A model generated the notes under the pieces. That model saw only the letters and a program-made list of their open reading frames with translations. It was not told where the DNA came from and searched no databases. A DNA stretch of 64,000 nucleotides from Candidatus Falkowbacteria bacterium (GTDB lineage: Bacteria > Patescibacteriota > Patescibacteriia > Patescibacteriales > UBA12075), in NCBI GenBank assembly GCA_043801965.1, contig JAZDLN010000028.1:22288-86287 (forward strand), in the 5' to 3' direction. Of this stretch, positions 1 through 8,912 are shown one piece after another. The number at the start of each line of letters is the position of its first letter. Position 1 is the stretch's first letter. Both the position numbers and the translations under genes were made by a program.

Positions 1-48
1 GCCAGAAATGCAAGCAAATAATAAATTAAACCATTGAGTTATCTACAT

Positions 49-591
49 ATGGAATCACAAACAGCCTACAAAAAAACCATCCTGCCGAAATTAAAAGAAA
101 AATTCGGATACAAGAACGACCTGGAAGTGCCTCGGTTGAAGAAAGTCGTAATTAACGTCGGTTTCGGCCGGCACATGAAAGAAAAGGCCTATATCGACGC
201 GGTCGTGAGCGGACTTACGCGCATTACGGGGCAGAAACCGGTGTTAGCCAAAGCCCGGAAATCGATTTCGTCCTTCAAGATCAGGGAAGGTAATATTATC
301 GGCGCATACGTGACCTTGCGCGGAGCCAGGATGCATGATTTCGTCAATAAACTTATAAACATTACATTCCCCAGAGTCAGGGATTTCCGCGGCATAAACG
401 AAAAGAACGTAGATCGGATGGGAAACATGACCATCGGTTTCCGTGAGCACATCTCTTTTCCCGAGATAAGCGCGGATGAAGTGGAAAACGTTTTCGGCTT
501 GGAAATAAGCCTTTCTGTCGGAGCCCGAAGCCGGGAAGAGGGGTTGGAGTTTTATAAATTACTGGGATTTCCCATTAAAAAAGATAAATAA
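49..591 (+). CDS. rplE: 50S ribosomal protein L5 (uL5)
   Basis: Track ORF 34..591. The translation [33 protein letters not shown] is the conserved uL5 N-terminus. ATG at 49 is preferred to the TTG at 34. It heads an L5-S14-S8-L6-L18-S5-L15-SecY run. Confidence 0.95.
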   Translation: MESQTAYKKTILPKLKEKFGYKNDLEVPRLKKVVINVGFGRHMKEKAYIDAVVSGLTRITGQKPVLAKARKSISSFKIREGNIIGAYVTLRGARMHDFVNKLINITFPRVRDFRGINEKNVDRMGNMTIGFREHISFPEISADEVENVFGLEISLSVGARSREEGLEFYKLLGFPIKKDK

Positions 592-592
592 T

Positions 593-778
593 ATGGCTAG
601 AAAAGCGTTAATTGCCAAAGCGAAAAGAAAACCGAAATTCTCCACACGGACCATACGCCGGTGTTGGCGGTGCGGCCGCAATCACGGTTATATGCGTGAT
701 TTCAATATGTGCCGGATATGCTTCCGCGAATTAGCCGATAACGGCGATCTGCCAGGATTGACCAAATCTTCGTGGTAA
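593..778 (+). CDS. rpsN: 30S ribosomal protein S14, zinc-ribbon type Z
   Basis: 61 aa with CWRCGR...CRIC (CxxC...CxxC) and a ...GLTKSSW ending typical of short S14. Starts 1 nt after the rplE stop. Confidence 0.95.
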   Translation: MARKALIAKAKRKPKFSTRTIRRCWRCGRNHGYMRDFNMCRICFRELADNGDLPGLTKSSW

Positions 779-850
779 CGGAATAAAATAAAAGCTAATA
801 ACCGTAATATAAAGTCGTAATAAAATCACTTGAATAAAATATAAAAATAT

Positions 851-1264
851 ATGACTGATCCTATTTCTGACATGCTTACAAGAATTAGAAACGCCGCCTT
901 AATCGGTAAGCCGGAGGTATTGGTGCCCATGAGCAAAATAAAATACGAAATCGCCAAACTTTTGAAAAAAGAAGGGCTGATTTTGGATGAAGAAATAGTG
1001 AAAACCAAGAGTCGGAAGAATAAAGCTTCGCAATTCGACGAGATCAGGCTGGTTTTGAAATACAAGAAGAGCGGCCGGTCGGCCATAACGAGCCTTAAGA
1101 GAATCAGCAAACCGGGCCTTAAGGTGTATGCCAAGAAAACCGAACTGCCGAGAGTATTGAATAATCTGGGTATCGCGATAATCTCGACGCCGGAGGGTCT
1201 TATGACCAATAAAGAGGCCAGGAAAAAGGGCTTGGGCGGAGAGGTTTTGTGCGAAATATATTAA
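851..1264 (+). CDS. rpsH: 30S ribosomal protein S8 (uS8)
   Basis: N-terminus MTDPISDMLTRIRNA is the canonical S8 start. Operon position after S14. Confidence 0.95.
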   Translation: MTDPISDMLTRIRNAALIGKPEVLVPMSKIKYEIAKLLKKEGLILDEEIVKTKSRKNKASQFDEIRLVLKYKKSGRSAITSLKRISKPGLKVYAKKTELPRVLNNLGIAIISTPEGLMTNKEARKKGLGGEVLCEIY

Positions 1265-1271
1265 TAGGTTA

Positions 1272-1296
1272 TAGGGATTAGGGAATAGGGATTAGG
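1272..1296 (+). repeat. Heptamer tandem array (TAGGGAT TAGGGAA TAGGGAT TAGG)
   Basis: Read directly in the rpsH-rplF spacer. Downstream CTAATCCC (about 1311-1318) can pair with GGGATTAG of the array to form a hairpin. Confidence 0.8.
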
Positions 1297-1339
1297 ACGC
1301 GTTTTAACCTCTAATCCCCAACCCCCTAAGCAAATACAT

Positions 1340-1879
1340 ATGTCAAGATTAGGAAAACTTCCAATTAAATTACCGCAGGGTACCGAGGCGAAGATTGAGA
1401 ATGGTTTTATTTTCGTAAAAAGCGGCAAAGGGGAATTAAAACAGAAGCTCTCCGACCTGGCCCAGGTCGAGATCGGCGAAGAGGGGATAAAGGTAAGCGT
1501 CAAAAATCCGGAAGTGAAGAAAGAAAGGGCTTTTTGGGGTCTTTTCCGCAGCCTGATAAATAATATGGTCATCGGCCTTAACGATGGCTTCGAGAAGAAG
1601 CTGGAGGTGGTCGGCGTCGGATTTCGCGTGAATGTCAGCGGCAATAAGCTTAACCTGAATCTCGGCTTTTCCCATCCGGTTGAATTTGTTTTGCCGGAAG
1701 GAATTACGGCTACGGTTGAAGCTAATATCATTACCGTCAAAGGCGTGGATAAGCAGCTGGTTGGCGAAACTGCCGCCAAGATCAGAAAAATAAAGAAACC
1801 GGAGCCTTACAAAGGCAAAGGAATAAAATACGTTGACGAAGTGATCAGAAGGAAAGAAGGCAAGACAGCCGCGAAATAA
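1340..1879 (+). CDS. rplF: 50S ribosomal protein L6 (uL6)
   Basis: MSRLGKLPIKLPQGTEAKIENGFIFVKSGKGEL and the C-terminal KKPEPYKGKGIKY motif are typical of L6. Operon position fits. Confidence 0.95.
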   Translation: MSRLGKLPIKLPQGTEAKIENGFIFVKSGKGELKQKLSDLAQVEIGEEGIKVSVKNPEVKKERAFWGLFRSLINNMVIGLNDGFEKKLEVVGVGFRVNVSGNKLNLNLGFSHPVEFVLPEGITATVEANIITVKGVDKQLVGETAAKIRKIKKPEPYKGKGIKYVDEVIRRKEGKTAAK

Positions 1880-1897
1880 GGTTAATATTCAAGCGGC

Positions 1898-2494
1898 ATG
1901 ACAATCAGCGGAGATAAAAAAGATAATCATTACGTGGGACGGGGCGCCCTAAAGCTCAAATACGGTTTGGAATATTTTAATATAAACGTGAAAGATAAGA
2001 CGGCCGCCGACCTGGGGTGTTCGACCGGCGGATTTACGGAAGTGCTCCTGGAAAAAGGGGCCCGTAAAGTATACGCGGTCGACACGGCTTACGGGCAGCT
2101 GGACTGGAAACTTCGGAAAGACGATCGGGTGGTAGTGATGGAAAGGACGAACGCGCTTCACGCGGAGCTGGAAGAAAAAGTCGATCTGGTGGTCATAGAC
2201 GCCGGTTGGACCGCGCAAAAATTGATCGTACCGAAAGCCATGGAACTCCTTAAGGCGCAAGGAGACATAGTCACCCTCGTTAAACCGCATTATGAAGCAA
2301 AACGCTACGGTCTGGTTTTTAAGGGGAAAAAATTAACAACGGAAGAAAGCGGGCGGGTACTGGAGTCTGTTTTGGAAGATCTGAAAAAAGCTGGTTTTAA
2401 AATCAATCTATATACCACCTCTCCGGTTACCGGAGAAAAAGGGAAAAATATTGAATATCTTGTATGGATCAACAAAAAAGAAAAAAAACAATAA
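1898..2494 (+). CDS. tlyA: TlyA/FtsJ-family rRNA 2'-O-ribose methyltransferase (no S4 domain)
   Basis: RGALKLKYGLEYF...DLGCSTGGFTEVLLEKGARKVYAVDTAYGQLDWKLRKDDRVVVMERTNA matches the TlyA SAM-binding core. Embedded between rplF and rplR, overlapping rplR by 31 nt. Confidence 0.75.
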   Translation: MTISGDKKDNHYVGRGALKLKYGLEYFNINVKDKTAADLGCSTGGFTEVLLEKGARKVYAVDTAYGQLDWKLRKDDRVVVMERTNALHAELEEKVDLVVIDAGWTAQKLIVPKAMELLKAQGDIVTLVKPHYEAKRYGLVFKGKKLTTEESGRVLESVLEDLKKAGFKINLYTTSPVTGEKGKNIEYLVWINKKEKKQ

Positions 2495-2832
2495 AAACTA
2501 GGAAACACGCTAAGATCAGGGCTAAGATCCGCGGGATAGAATCGCGCGTCAGGCTAAGCGTCTTCCGGTCTAACCGGGGATTTTATGTCCAGGTGATCGA
2601 TGATCGCGAAGGCAAGACCCTAGTGTCCGTGCATAGCCAGGAAATAAAAGACGCGGAAGATAAGGATAGAAGCGGCAAGACCGCCGTCGGTTTCGCCGTG
2701 GGCAAGCTAATCGCCAAAAAGGCCTTGGAGAAAAAAATAGAAACAGTGGTTTTTGACCGGGGCGGAAATAAATATCATGGACGGGTCAAGGCGGTGGCCG
2801 ACGGCGCCAGAGAGGGCGGATTGAAGTTTTAA
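2464..2832 (+). CDS. rplR: 50S ribosomal protein L18 (uL18)
   Basis: RHAKIRAKIRG...RLSVFRSNRGFYVQVIDD...VVFDRGGNKYHGRVKAVADGAREGGLKF is the L18 signature. The exact start is uncertain. Confidence 0.93.
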   Translation: MDQQKRKKTIKTRKHAKIRAKIRGIESRVRLSVFRSNRGFYVQVIDDREGKTLVSVHSQEIKDAEDKDRSGKTAVGFAVGKLIAKKALEKKIETVVFDRGGNKYHGRVKAVADGAREGGLKF

Positions 2833-2917
2833 GCGCGATTCCCAAGCCGGTCTCGTTCATATTCGCTCCATAAAACGCGAAACAGGCGAAATGTCTTTAG
2901 ATATAATTTAATCATAT

Positions 2918-3574
2918 ATGGATAATAAGAACAGCAATAAAAATCAAATGAACAATCCTAAAAACACGGGAACGGGCGGATCGGTTTACGCGTCCAAAAA
3001 AAGACAGGAAAGAGGTAAACGGATGTCGGCGGGCGGCAGGGATAAACAGGAAGAATTCGACCAGCGCATAGTCGATATCGCGCGCGTTACCAGGGTTATG
3101 GCCGGAGGTAAAAGGATGCGGTTTCGGGCCTGCGTGGCGATCGGCGACAAAAAAGGAAGGGTGGCGATCGGATTGGCGAAGGGCGCGGACGTTACTTTGG
3201 CCGTTACCAAAGCCGTTAATAAAGCGAAAAAGAATTTCATAGAAGTGCCGATGATCAGGGAAACCATACCGCATGAGCTTCGCTATAAATACGGCGCGGC
3301 TAAGATCCTTTTGAAACCGGCCCGGCAAGGCAAGGGAGTCATTGCCGGCGGCGCCGCCCGGATTATTTTCGAGCTGGCCGGGATCAAGAGTATCACGAGC
3401 AAGATATTGGGCACGAATAATAAGGTTAACATAGTGAAATGCGCGATCAGGGCGCTCGACAGCCTCAAGAAGGTGGAGAAACCGAAGAAACAGGAGCTTA
3501 AAAATGAAGCGGAAAAAAGCGACGGGAACAAGGACGCGGAAGCCAAGAAAGAGAAAGAAGTGAGCGGCAAATAA
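2918..3574 (+). CDS. rpsE: 30S ribosomal protein S5 (uS5) with N- and C-terminal low-complexity extensions
   Basis: The core IVDIARVTRVMAGGKRMRFRACVAIGDKKGRVAIGLAKGADV is S5. It is flanked by an Asn/Lys-rich leader and a Lys/Glu-rich tail. Confidence 0.93.
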   Translation: MDNKNSNKNQMNNPKNTGTGGSVYASKKRQERGKRMSAGGRDKQEEFDQRIVDIARVTRVMAGGKRMRFRACVAIGDKKGRVAIGLAKGADVTLAVTKAVNKAKKNFIEVPMIRETIPHELRYKYGAAKILLKPARQGKGVIAGGAARIIFELAGIKSITSKILGTNNKVNIVKCAIRALDSLKKVEKPKKQELKNEAEKSDGNKDAEAKKEKEVSGK

Positions 3575-3603
3575 TCGAAATAAGTATATAATTTTAGAAT
3601 ATT

Positions 3604-4077
3604 ATGACATTAGCATTACATACGATAAAATCGACGGCCGGTACGACTAAGAAGCGGAAAAGGGTCGGGCGCGGCAACGCTTCCGGACACGGCACTTATT
3701 CCACTCGCGGGCTTAAGGGCCAAAAATCCAGGAAGGGCGTATCGAACCTGAAGCGTTTAGGCATGAAGCAGGTACTTTTGCGGACGCCGAAAAAACGCGG
3801 ATTCCGATCGCTTAAGCCGAAACTCTCGGTTGTCAATCTGTCCATGATAAACGAAAATTTCAAGGATAAAGACATTATCGATCCTAAGGTTTTACTGGGT
3901 AAAAAGCTCATCGATACCGTAAAAACGGGCGTAAAAGTTCTGGGGCCGGGAAAGCTTATCTTAAAGGGGCTTACTTTTAAGGATGTAAAAATGAGCGGAT
4001 CGGTTAAAGAGGAGCTGGAAAAGTCCGGCGGAACATATCTGGTAAAAAAGGAAAAGAAAGTGTATAATAGGAGATAG
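3604..4077 (+). CDS. rplO: 50S ribosomal protein L15 (uL15)
   Basis: KRKRVGRGNASGHGTYSTRGLKGQKSR is the L15 N-terminal motif. It starts 29 nt after rpsE, leaving no room for rpmD. Confidence 0.93.
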   Translation: MTLALHTIKSTAGTTKKRKRVGRGNASGHGTYSTRGLKGQKSRKGVSNLKRLGMKQVLLRTPKKRGFRSLKPKLSVVNLSMINENFKDKDIIDPKVLLGKKLIDTVKTGVKVLGPGKLILKGLTFKDVKMSGSVKEELEKSGGTYLVKKEKKVYNRR

Positions 4078-4098
4078 GCTAATTTTAAATACGCAAGT

Positions 4099-5373
4099 AT
4101 GATATTAGACAAACTGGTACAAATCTGGAAAGCCAAAGATCTAAGGAAGAATATTCTTTTTGTTTTAAGCATGCTTATAATATTCCGTTTCGCGGCCCAT
4201 ATTCCGGTTCCCGGAGTCGATACAGCCGCGTTGCGTGATTTTTTCCAGTCTAATCAGATTCTGGGATTATTGAACGTCTTTTCCGGCGGCGGCATGGAGA
4301 ATTTTTCGATCGTCATGATGGGTATCGCTCCCTATATTACCGCTTCCATCATTTTTCAGCTTTTAGCCATGATAATTCCGAAAATGGAGGAGATGCAGAA
4401 GGAAGAATCCGGCCGCCAGAAGATAAATATGTGGACGCGCTGGTTAACCGTTCCTTTGTCCGCGATGCAGGCCTTCGCCATGATCACGCTTCTTAGGCGC
4501 TCATCCGCCAATATTTTAGGAGAAGTTTCCGGTTTTAACCTCTTTACCATGATCTTAACCATTACGGCCGGCACTATATTCCTGATGTGGATCGGCGAGC
4601 TTATTACGGAAAAGAAGGTCGGTAACGGCATTTCCCTTCTGATTTTCGCCGGTATCGTCGCGAGTCTTCCTTCCGCGATCCAGCAGGCGATCGTCCAGTT
4701 CGAAGCGGGCGACCTTTTCGTGTTGATCGGTTTTCCGGCGATCGCGATCGTAACGGTCATCGGCGTGGTCGTGATCACTGAAGCACAGCGCAATATCCCG
4801 GTCCAGTACGCCAAACAGATCCGGGGAAACCGCATGTTCGGCGGCACCTCGACCCATCTTCCCCTCCGGGTAAATATGGCCGGCGTCATACCGATAATTT
4901 TCGCCATTTCCGTGGTCTTATTCCCGCCTATGGTCGCCCAGTTTTTTGTCCACGCCCGTTCGGCCTGGATCGCGAAATCAGCCGAATGGATCATTACCCT
5001 TTTTAATAACCAGCTTTTTTACGGCATATCTTATTTCCTCCTGGTTTTTGCTTTTACTTATTTTTATACGGAAGTGATTTTCCATCCGACCCAGATCGCC
5101 GAGAATCTCCAGAAGCAGGGAGGGTTTATACCCGGTATCCGGCCGGGTCGGCATACTAGCGAATATTTAGCTAATACTACGCATAAAATTATATTCGTGG
5201 GCGCGTTGTTCTTGGGGGCGATCGCTATCCTGCCTCTTATTATGCGTTATTTTACCGGCATGCAGTCTTTGGCGATCGGCGGCACGAGCCTTTTGATCGT
5301 CGTGGCGGTCGTTATAGAAACGGTTAAACAGGTTGAATCCCAGTTGACCATGCGCGAGTATGAAGGGATGTAA
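4099..5373 (+). CDS. secY: Preprotein translocase subunit SecY
   Basis: 10-TM profile. LGLLNVFSGGGMENFSIVMMGIAPYITASIIFQLL and GGFIPGIRPG motifs. Follows rplO as in spc operons. Confidence 0.96.
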   Translation: MILDKLVQIWKAKDLRKNILFVLSMLIIFRFAAHIPVPGVDTAALRDFFQSNQILGLLNVFSGGGMENFSIVMMGIAPYITASIIFQLLAMIIPKMEEMQKEESGRQKINMWTRWLTVPLSAMQAFAMITLLRRSSANILGEVSGFNLFTMILTITAGTIFLMWIGELITEKKVGNGISLLIFAGIVASLPSAIQQAIVQFEAGDLFVLIGFPAIAIVTVIGVVVITEAQRNIPVQYAKQIRGNRMFGGTSTHLPLRVNMAGVIPIIFAISVVLFPPMVAQFFVHARSAWIAKSAEWIITLFNNQLFYGISYFLLVFAFTYFYTEVIFHPTQIAENLQKQGGFIPGIRPGRHTSEYLANTTHKIIFVGALFLGAIAILPLIMRYFTGMQSLAIGGTSLLIVVAVVIETVKQVESQLTMREYEGM

Positions 5374-5400
5374 TGATCTCACAATTAGCTAATATCGAAT

Positions 5401-5430
5401 CCGGCTCCACGGCCGGTTTTTTGTTTTTAA
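5401..5430 (+). terminator. Rho-independent terminator after secY
   Basis: CCGGC-TCCAC-GGCCGG hairpin followed by TTTTTTGTTTTT. Confidence 0.7.
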
Positions 5431-5607
5431 TTTAAATTGATCGCGGTATTGTCGCAACGAAAAATTGTCATAGTAATGATAACGTGCCATGCCGGGATAA
5501 TTTGACGACACGGATTGACAGCGCGGAAAAACTCAGGTTATACTTATAACATCGAAATAATGCTTTTTTAATTTTTAATAAAAGCTCAGTGTAAAAAGGG
5601 GTGAAAA

Positions 5608-5805
5608 ATGGACGAGAAAACCAGAGAACTTTTCGGGCAATTCGTGGGAAAACGCGTTTTTTTTGAGGGCAACGAGTATATTTTGCGGGAAGTCGGCGAA
5701 TTTTGCGGCCTTTCCGGCCAATGGTTGGCGAATGAACAGAATTGTTTTTACCCTAAAGTGAGTACCTGGGTCCATTTCAGTCGTCTGGTCCTTTGGGGAC
5801 TGTAA
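5608..5805 (+). CDS. Small hypothetical protein (65 aa)
   Basis: ORF preceded by AAAGGGGTGAAAA (SD-like) and followed by its own hairpin terminator. No recognisable family. Confidence 0.45.
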   Translation: MDEKTRELFGQFVGKRVFFEGNEYILREVGEFCGLSGQWLANEQNCFYPKVSTWVHFSRLVLWGL

Positions 5806-5833
5806 AAAGGTAAAATTATCAAAACTCCATAGT

Positions 5834-5861
5834 TCCTTCCGTAAACCGGAAGGATTTTTTT
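5834..5861 (+). terminator. Rho-independent terminator
   Basis: TCCTTCCG-TAAAC-CGGAAGGA stem-loop followed by a T7 run. Confidence 0.7.
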
Positions 5862-5963
5862 ATTGAGCGCATTTATTTGAAATTCGATGATCATTTATGT
5901 TATAATAAAAGCAATCGCGAAATAGCCGAAGAAAGGCTTTTTAACGCAAAAAAAAGAAAAACC

Positions 5964-7667
5964 GTGGATCCGATCATCAGCCTCAAAAACATAAATTTCG
6001 TCTATAATAAGGGCAAGGACAATGAATTCCAGGCTCTTATTAACGTTAATCTGGAAATTTACCCCGAAGAATTCATAATTATCTTCGGGCCTTCCGGCTG
6101 CGGCAAATCTTCTTTATTAAACGTTTTGGCCGGGCTGGAAACGCCCGATTCCGGCACGATCTCTATTTTAGGGAAAGATATGATGACGTTAAGCAAGAGG
6201 GATTTCGCCTGGTACCATCGCAACCAATTAGGCATGATCTATCAGGCTTATAACCTGATCACGAGCCTGACCGTTCTTGAGAACGTGGCCTTACCCCAGA
6301 TATTTCTTAATGTCCGGAAAAGAAAGAGGGAGAAATGGTCGCTTTCGCTCCTGGAACGTTTCGGGATCGTCGAGCACGCTCAAAAGATCCCCACTGAACT
6401 GTCCGGCGGCCAGCAGCAGCGGATCGGCATTGCCCGTTCGATCGTCAATAACCCTAAGCTCATACTGGCGGACGAGCCTGTCGGCAACCTTGATTCGGTT
6501 TCAGCCCAGAACGTTTTCGATATCCTGGAAGAACTTAATGAAAAAGAAAAAAAGACCATCATTTTAGTTACCCATAACCCCGAAAACCTCGACTACGCCG
6601 ATCGGATAATCTACATGAAAGACGGGATCATAACCCGGGAGGTCGTTAATCGCGAAAAGCACAAAAAGGAAAAGAAGATCGGACCCGGGGCTGAGGTTAA
6701 AAGCGCCATAAACCAGATGGAGGACCTTATGCGCGCTTATCACGGCCTGTCGCCGGAACAGATCAATATCCTGATCATGCCCTATAAAGCCAAGGTTTTC
6801 GCGCACCATTTTATAACCACGCGGAACATGGAGGAAACCAGGGTCTTCGAGGAGTCGATCCAACGCCGGCTCCTGGGCACGATCTCGCAGGAAGAATTAT
6901 ACGACATACTTCATCGGAACCTTGGCGAGGGCGGCGTCGGTTTCGATAAAAGAACGACCGATAAGATACTGCGCAGGGTAAACCGCATTATCCGCATGGC
7001 CTACTTCGTCTATCAGAAAGACCGGCAGAGAAAGGATACGGGCGGGGAACACGTGAAGATCGACTGGGACGAGAAAACGGAAAAGCTGACAAGCTACCTC
7101 CTGATGTCCTGCTATCAGGAATACTATAAGCATTTGGATAAAGAGCAGACAGAGCGTTTAAAAAAAGTGGTGCACGACCGGATCGTGGGAAATATCAATA
7201 AGGCCCAGTTTTTCGCGTATCTTGATCAGCCCCTCCATGACGGAGGCGTGGGACTTAACAGGAAAACCGCCAGAGCCATCACCGAAGAGATCGAACTGAT
7301 ATTGATATTGGGATTCGGCATTGTCGAGATGATGCACCAAAGGCAGTCGTTCATGAACCGCAACGCCGCCGGGCTACCCCCTAAACCGGAGCCGAAGATC
7401 AAAGAAGACATACCGGCATCGGCCGCGGAAGAGAGCGGTTTAAAACCGGTTATAGCCCCGGAAAGGGAGACACCCCCCGGACCGGAGGCGATCATAGACC
7501 CTAAAGAGGCGGAAATGATCATTAATGATATTATTAGCCCCATAGGCGATGTCGGCATGAAAGATTTCGCCAGCATCATGAATCAGGCGAAATTGAAGCT
7601 TAAGGGCTCTTTGCCTGACGATAAGCTGGGCGAATTGGTAACCAAGGCGATATTGTCGAGAAGATAA
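5964..7667 (+). CDS. ABC transporter ATP-binding protein (MacB/LolD/FtsE-like) with a long C-terminal extension
   Basis: Walker A GPSGCGKSS, Q-loop, signature LSGGQQQRIGIARS and Walker B ILADEP. The residues after the ATPase carry two copies of a GGVG[FL]..(K/R)T(T/A) module. Track start 5877 (TTG); I prefer GTG 5964 (VDPIISLKNINFVY). Confidence 0.85.
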   Translation: MDPIISLKNINFVYNKGKDNEFQALINVNLEIYPEEFIIIFGPSGCGKSSLLNVLAGLETPDSGTISILGKDMMTLSKRDFAWYHRNQLGMIYQAYNLITSLTVLENVALPQIFLNVRKRKREKWSLSLLERFGIVEHAQKIPTELSGGQQQRIGIARSIVNNPKLILADEPVGNLDSVSAQNVFDILEELNEKEKKTIILVTHNPENLDYADRIIYMKDGIITREVVNREKHKKEKKIGPGAEVKSAINQMEDLMRAYHGLSPEQINILIMPYKAKVFAHHFITTRNMEETRVFEESIQRRLLGTISQEELYDILHRNLGEGGVGFDKRTTDKILRRVNRIIRMAYFVYQKDRQRKDTGGEHVKIDWDEKTEKLTSYLLMSCYQEYYKHLDKEQTERLKKVVHDRIVGNINKAQFFAYLDQPLHDGGVGLNRKTARAITEEIELILILGFGIVEMMHQRQSFMNRNAAGLPPKPEPKIKEDIPASAAEESGLKPVIAPERETPPGPEAIIDPKEAEMIINDIISPIGDVGMKDFASIMNQAKLKLKGSLPDDKLGELVTKAILSRR

Positions 7668-7691
7668 ATAAGGTTATTATTTTGAATCATT

Positions 7692-8894
7692 ATGTTAATT
7701 ACGGATATTCTTAGATTAGCGACCAGGATGTTCCGGACCAACCGTTCCCGGACAATCCTTACTATTTTAGGCATAAGCGTCGGTATCGGGGCTATTCTTT
7801 TCCTGGTTTCTTTGGGTTACGGTCTTCAGGAGATGATCTTAAGGCAGATCACGACCTCCGAAGCTCTTTTAAGCCTCGATGTTTCTACCGGCGATCTTGA
7901 GAACCTGAAGATCAATAAGAATACTATCGGCGACATAAGCTCGATCCCGGGCGTGGAAAAGCTAAGCCCCCTGGTGTCGGTTCAGGTGCAGATGGGGGTC
8001 GAAGACATATCTTCGGAGTTGACCGCTAATTTCGCGGACAGCAACTATTTCCGGCTGGACGGAACGACGCTTAAAAAAGGCGCGTTCTACAAAGACGAGG
8101 CCGGAGACACGAAAAAGGTCATTATTTCCTCCTCGGCCCTCCAGCTTTTTAATTTAAGCGAAGACGAGGCTTTCGGAAGGTTAATAAGGTTTTCCATATT
8201 TTTGCCGGAAAAGGAAGAGGATAAGATCATCCGCGAATCCGTTGAATTGGGCCAGGACTTCCGGATCGTGGGCATTATCGAAGAAGAGGGGTCGAACTAC
8301 GTTTATCTGCCTTTCGCGATCAGCGAAAAAATGGAGATCTTCGATTACAGCAAGATAAAAGTCAAGGTTGACAGGAAAGAGAATCTTGATATCGTCAGAT
8401 CGGCGGTTATCGACAAAGGCTATATCGTAAGCGCCCTTTCGGACGTCATTGAGCAGGCGAACCAGGTTTTCGGCATCGTCCAGATAGTTTTAGCTTCGTT
8501 CGGCATCGTCGCTCTTATAGTTTCCGCTATCGGCATGTTCAATACCATGACGATCGCCCTTCTGGAGCGGACCCAGGAGATCGGCATCATGAAAGCCCTG
8601 GGCGCGACCAGCCTCGATATCTGGAACATGTTCCTGGCCGAATCGATAATCATCGGTTTTTTCGGGGGGTTGGGCGGAATCATCATCGGCATGGCCGGAG
8701 GCGAGGTTTTTAATTATGGCGTCAATCTTTTGGCCGGAGCTTTGGGCGGGGAAAAGATCGATATGTTCTTTACCCCCTACTGGTTCGTTTTGCTCATTAT
8801 CTCTTTCTCGACCATCGTCGGCCTTCTGACCGGATTTTATCCGGCCCGTCGCGCCGCCCGCATCAACGCGCTGGAAGCGTTGCGGTATAAATAA
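7692..8894 (+). CDS. ABC transporter permease, FtsX/MacB family
   Basis: N-terminal TM, a large periplasmic-type loop, then three C-terminal TMs with ERTQEIGIMKALGAT and a ...ARRAARINALEALRYK ending, typical of FtsX-like permeases. Confidence 0.85.
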   Translation: MLITDILRLATRMFRTNRSRTILTILGISVGIGAILFLVSLGYGLQEMILRQITTSEALLSLDVSTGDLENLKINKNTIGDISSIPGVEKLSPLVSVQVQMGVEDISSELTANFADSNYFRLDGTTLKKGAFYKDEAGDTKKVIISSSALQLFNLSEDEAFGRLIRFSIFLPEKEEDKIIRESVELGQDFRIVGIIEEEGSNYVYLPFAISEKMEIFDYSKIKVKVDRKENLDIVRSAVIDKGYIVSALSDVIEQANQVFGIVQIVLASFGIVALIVSAIGMFNTMTIALLERTQEIGIMKALGATSLDIWNMFLAESIIIGFFGGLGGIIIGMAGGEVFNYGVNLLAGALGGEKIDMFFTPYWFVLLIISFSTIVGLLTGFYPARRAARINALEALRYK

Positions 8895-8912
8895 TTTTTT
8901 ATATTTTAAATT

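Noticed and set aside
1-21. Possible 3' end of rplX (L24) ending at TAA 19-21
   Set aside because: Only six codons are visible. The position is right, but the sequence is too short to support a call.
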